Shown one piece after another: positions 26,420-27,736 of a stretch of DNA of 27,736 nt. The position numbers and the translations under genes were made by a program. The stretch comes from a virus (Duplodnaviria > Caudoviricetes): the IMG/VR virus record IMGVR_UViG_3300043036_000121, positions 1-27,736 of that record, one strand, 5' to 3'. The first letter of the stretch is position 1. Each line of letters begins with the position of its first letter. The notes beneath the pieces were generated by a model. It worked only from the letters and a program-made list of their open reading frames with translations. It was not told the origin of the DNA and made no database searches.

Positions 26420-27736
26420 TAAATAATTACCTCTACGTTGACTGTTCCACTAGCCCAGTCAGGGGCTAGAGTAATAACTTGTCCTGATTTTCCAGAGTTC
26501 AAGCCGAAACGATTGTGAGTTAAAGTTACACCTTGTCCAAGTTTTAGGCCCATAAGTTTACTAGTGCCTGTAAATGCGTACACTGTATGAGGTACTTTAA
26601 AGTAATCATTTAAGAATTTAGCAAAAGCTAGGCTATCTGAGCTTGCTATTAGCCTAGTATCTTTTTGAACTGGGGTATTGGTTAATTTATAAAGTTGTTG
26701 AGTATTGGTATCCAGAACCGTGCTTGAATACCATTCATCATTAAACATTACATTAGCAGTATTTGGAATACTGCTTGCTAAAGCTGTTTGTGGCGTATAA
26801 TTTCGGCAATAACCCACTTTTGTTGCAGCAGCTACTGGCGTACGATTTGAAATGTGTAAACTGTGATGTAAAATATCACTATCTGTAATACTTGTTACAG
26901 TATTATACGCGCTAGATGTGTTAATACCTAATTGCAGTAACTGTAGTAGTCCTGCTCTATTAAAAAATAATTGGGCACCAGCACTGCTTGCAATGTCTTG
27001 ACACACTACTAGTGTATTAGCTCGGTCTAATACTGGTATCCCTATAGCAGCGGCATTAATAGCATTTAAAGCTGTAAATGCATTAAAGTTAGTCCAGTCC
27101 ACATCACTAACAGCTAGTCTTTGTGCAGGATTACCGTATTGTGTAACAATTAATCCAATAATATTAGCAATATTATTTACGTAGGTACTTCGTGCTTGAG
27201 TACCCGTAGCTAAATTAACAGATCTTTTTACACCTTGAACTGATGCTGTAATTGTACCGGCCGAAGGTGCTTTTAAAGTAAAAGTACCTTTACCTACTGT
27301 AACTACTGCACCTATGGGTCTGGTGCTTGCATTGTTCAAATTAACGTCGTATACTGTTGTATCCGTATATATAGGTACACCATTATCTCGAATTTCAATA
27401 ACTGCTTCAGTTGAGGTAAGGTCTACGTGCCCTTGTACATAATTAACCGTACTACCAGTACTTGTTATAGCAGCATTTGTTAAAGCTATGTTTGCGCCAC
27501 CGCTTACAGTTGATACTGTAAAATAATTATAAAGAGTACTAATTGTTCTAACATAGTAGGTAAATCCGCTTACAAGATTACCAAAACTATTTCCGGATAG
27601 TGTAAGCGTTGTTGAACTAACGTTTTGACTGTTATTTACTGTCCAAGTAGTGCCTGCCCCACCAGTAATATAGGTGCCTGGTGTTACTCCTAAGCCTGTA
27701 ACCGTCATACCTATTAAAATAGTACCAGACATATTT
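26419..27736 (-). CDS. Tail hub/tip structural protein, probably 5'-truncated by the window edge
   Basis: The frame is open to the window end. EIRDNGVP, VGYCRNYT.Q, L.LGQ.V.L.H.RFGL..GK.G.V C-terminus. Confidence 0.72.
   Translation of the reverse strand, partial: NMSGTILIGMTVTGLGVTPGTYITGGAGTTWTVNNSQNVSSTTLTLSGNSFGNLVSGFTYYVRTISTLYNYFTVSTVSGGANIALTNAAITSTGSTVNYVQGHVDLTSTEAVIEIRDNGVPIYTDTTVYDVNLNNASTRPIGAVVTVGKGTFTLKAPSAGTITASVQGVKRSVNLATGTQARSTYVNNIANIIGLIVTQYGNPAQRLAVSDVDWTNFNAFTALNAINAAAIGIPVLDRANTLVVCQDIASSAGAQLFFNRAGLLQLLQLGINTSSAYNTVTSITDSDILHHSLHISNRTPVAAATKVGYCRNYTPQTALASSIPNTANVMFNDEWYSSTVLDTNTQQLYKLTNTPVQKDTRLIASSDSLAFAKFLNDYFKVPHTVYAFTGTSKLMGLKLGQGVTLTHNRFGLNSGKSGQVITLAPDWASGTVNVEVII

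Overview
Part of a tailed dsDNA bacteriophage genome. The host is Gram-negative, judged from the spanin pair; the gene families resemble those of aquatic phages (inference). Left end (+): dUTPase, a B12-dependent class II ribonucleotide reductase and a small ORF, closed by an intrinsic terminator. Right two-thirds (-): about 18 kb of tail, baseplate and fibre genes, a lysis cassette (GH19 endolysin, nested spanins, holin, and a 53-aa secreted cationic peptide missing from the ORF track), PhoH and a two-domain Dps fusion. Between these convergent arms is the most interesting element, a self-contained + strand cassette (about 2826-5766). It has its own near-consensus sigma70 promoter and is bounded by terminators. 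It encodes a 322-aa Gly-zipper/coiled-coil/Q-N-T-rich protein with a second in-frame start and its own terminator, a Dps mini-ferritin, a collagen-like protein and two more proteins sharing the same C-terminal beta domain. It may be an undescribed self-assembling fibre/coat plus iron/oxidative-stress module (hypothesis). No tRNA, rRNA, CRISPR array, integrase or reverse transcriptase was recognised. All calls come from reading motifs by eye; no database searches were run.
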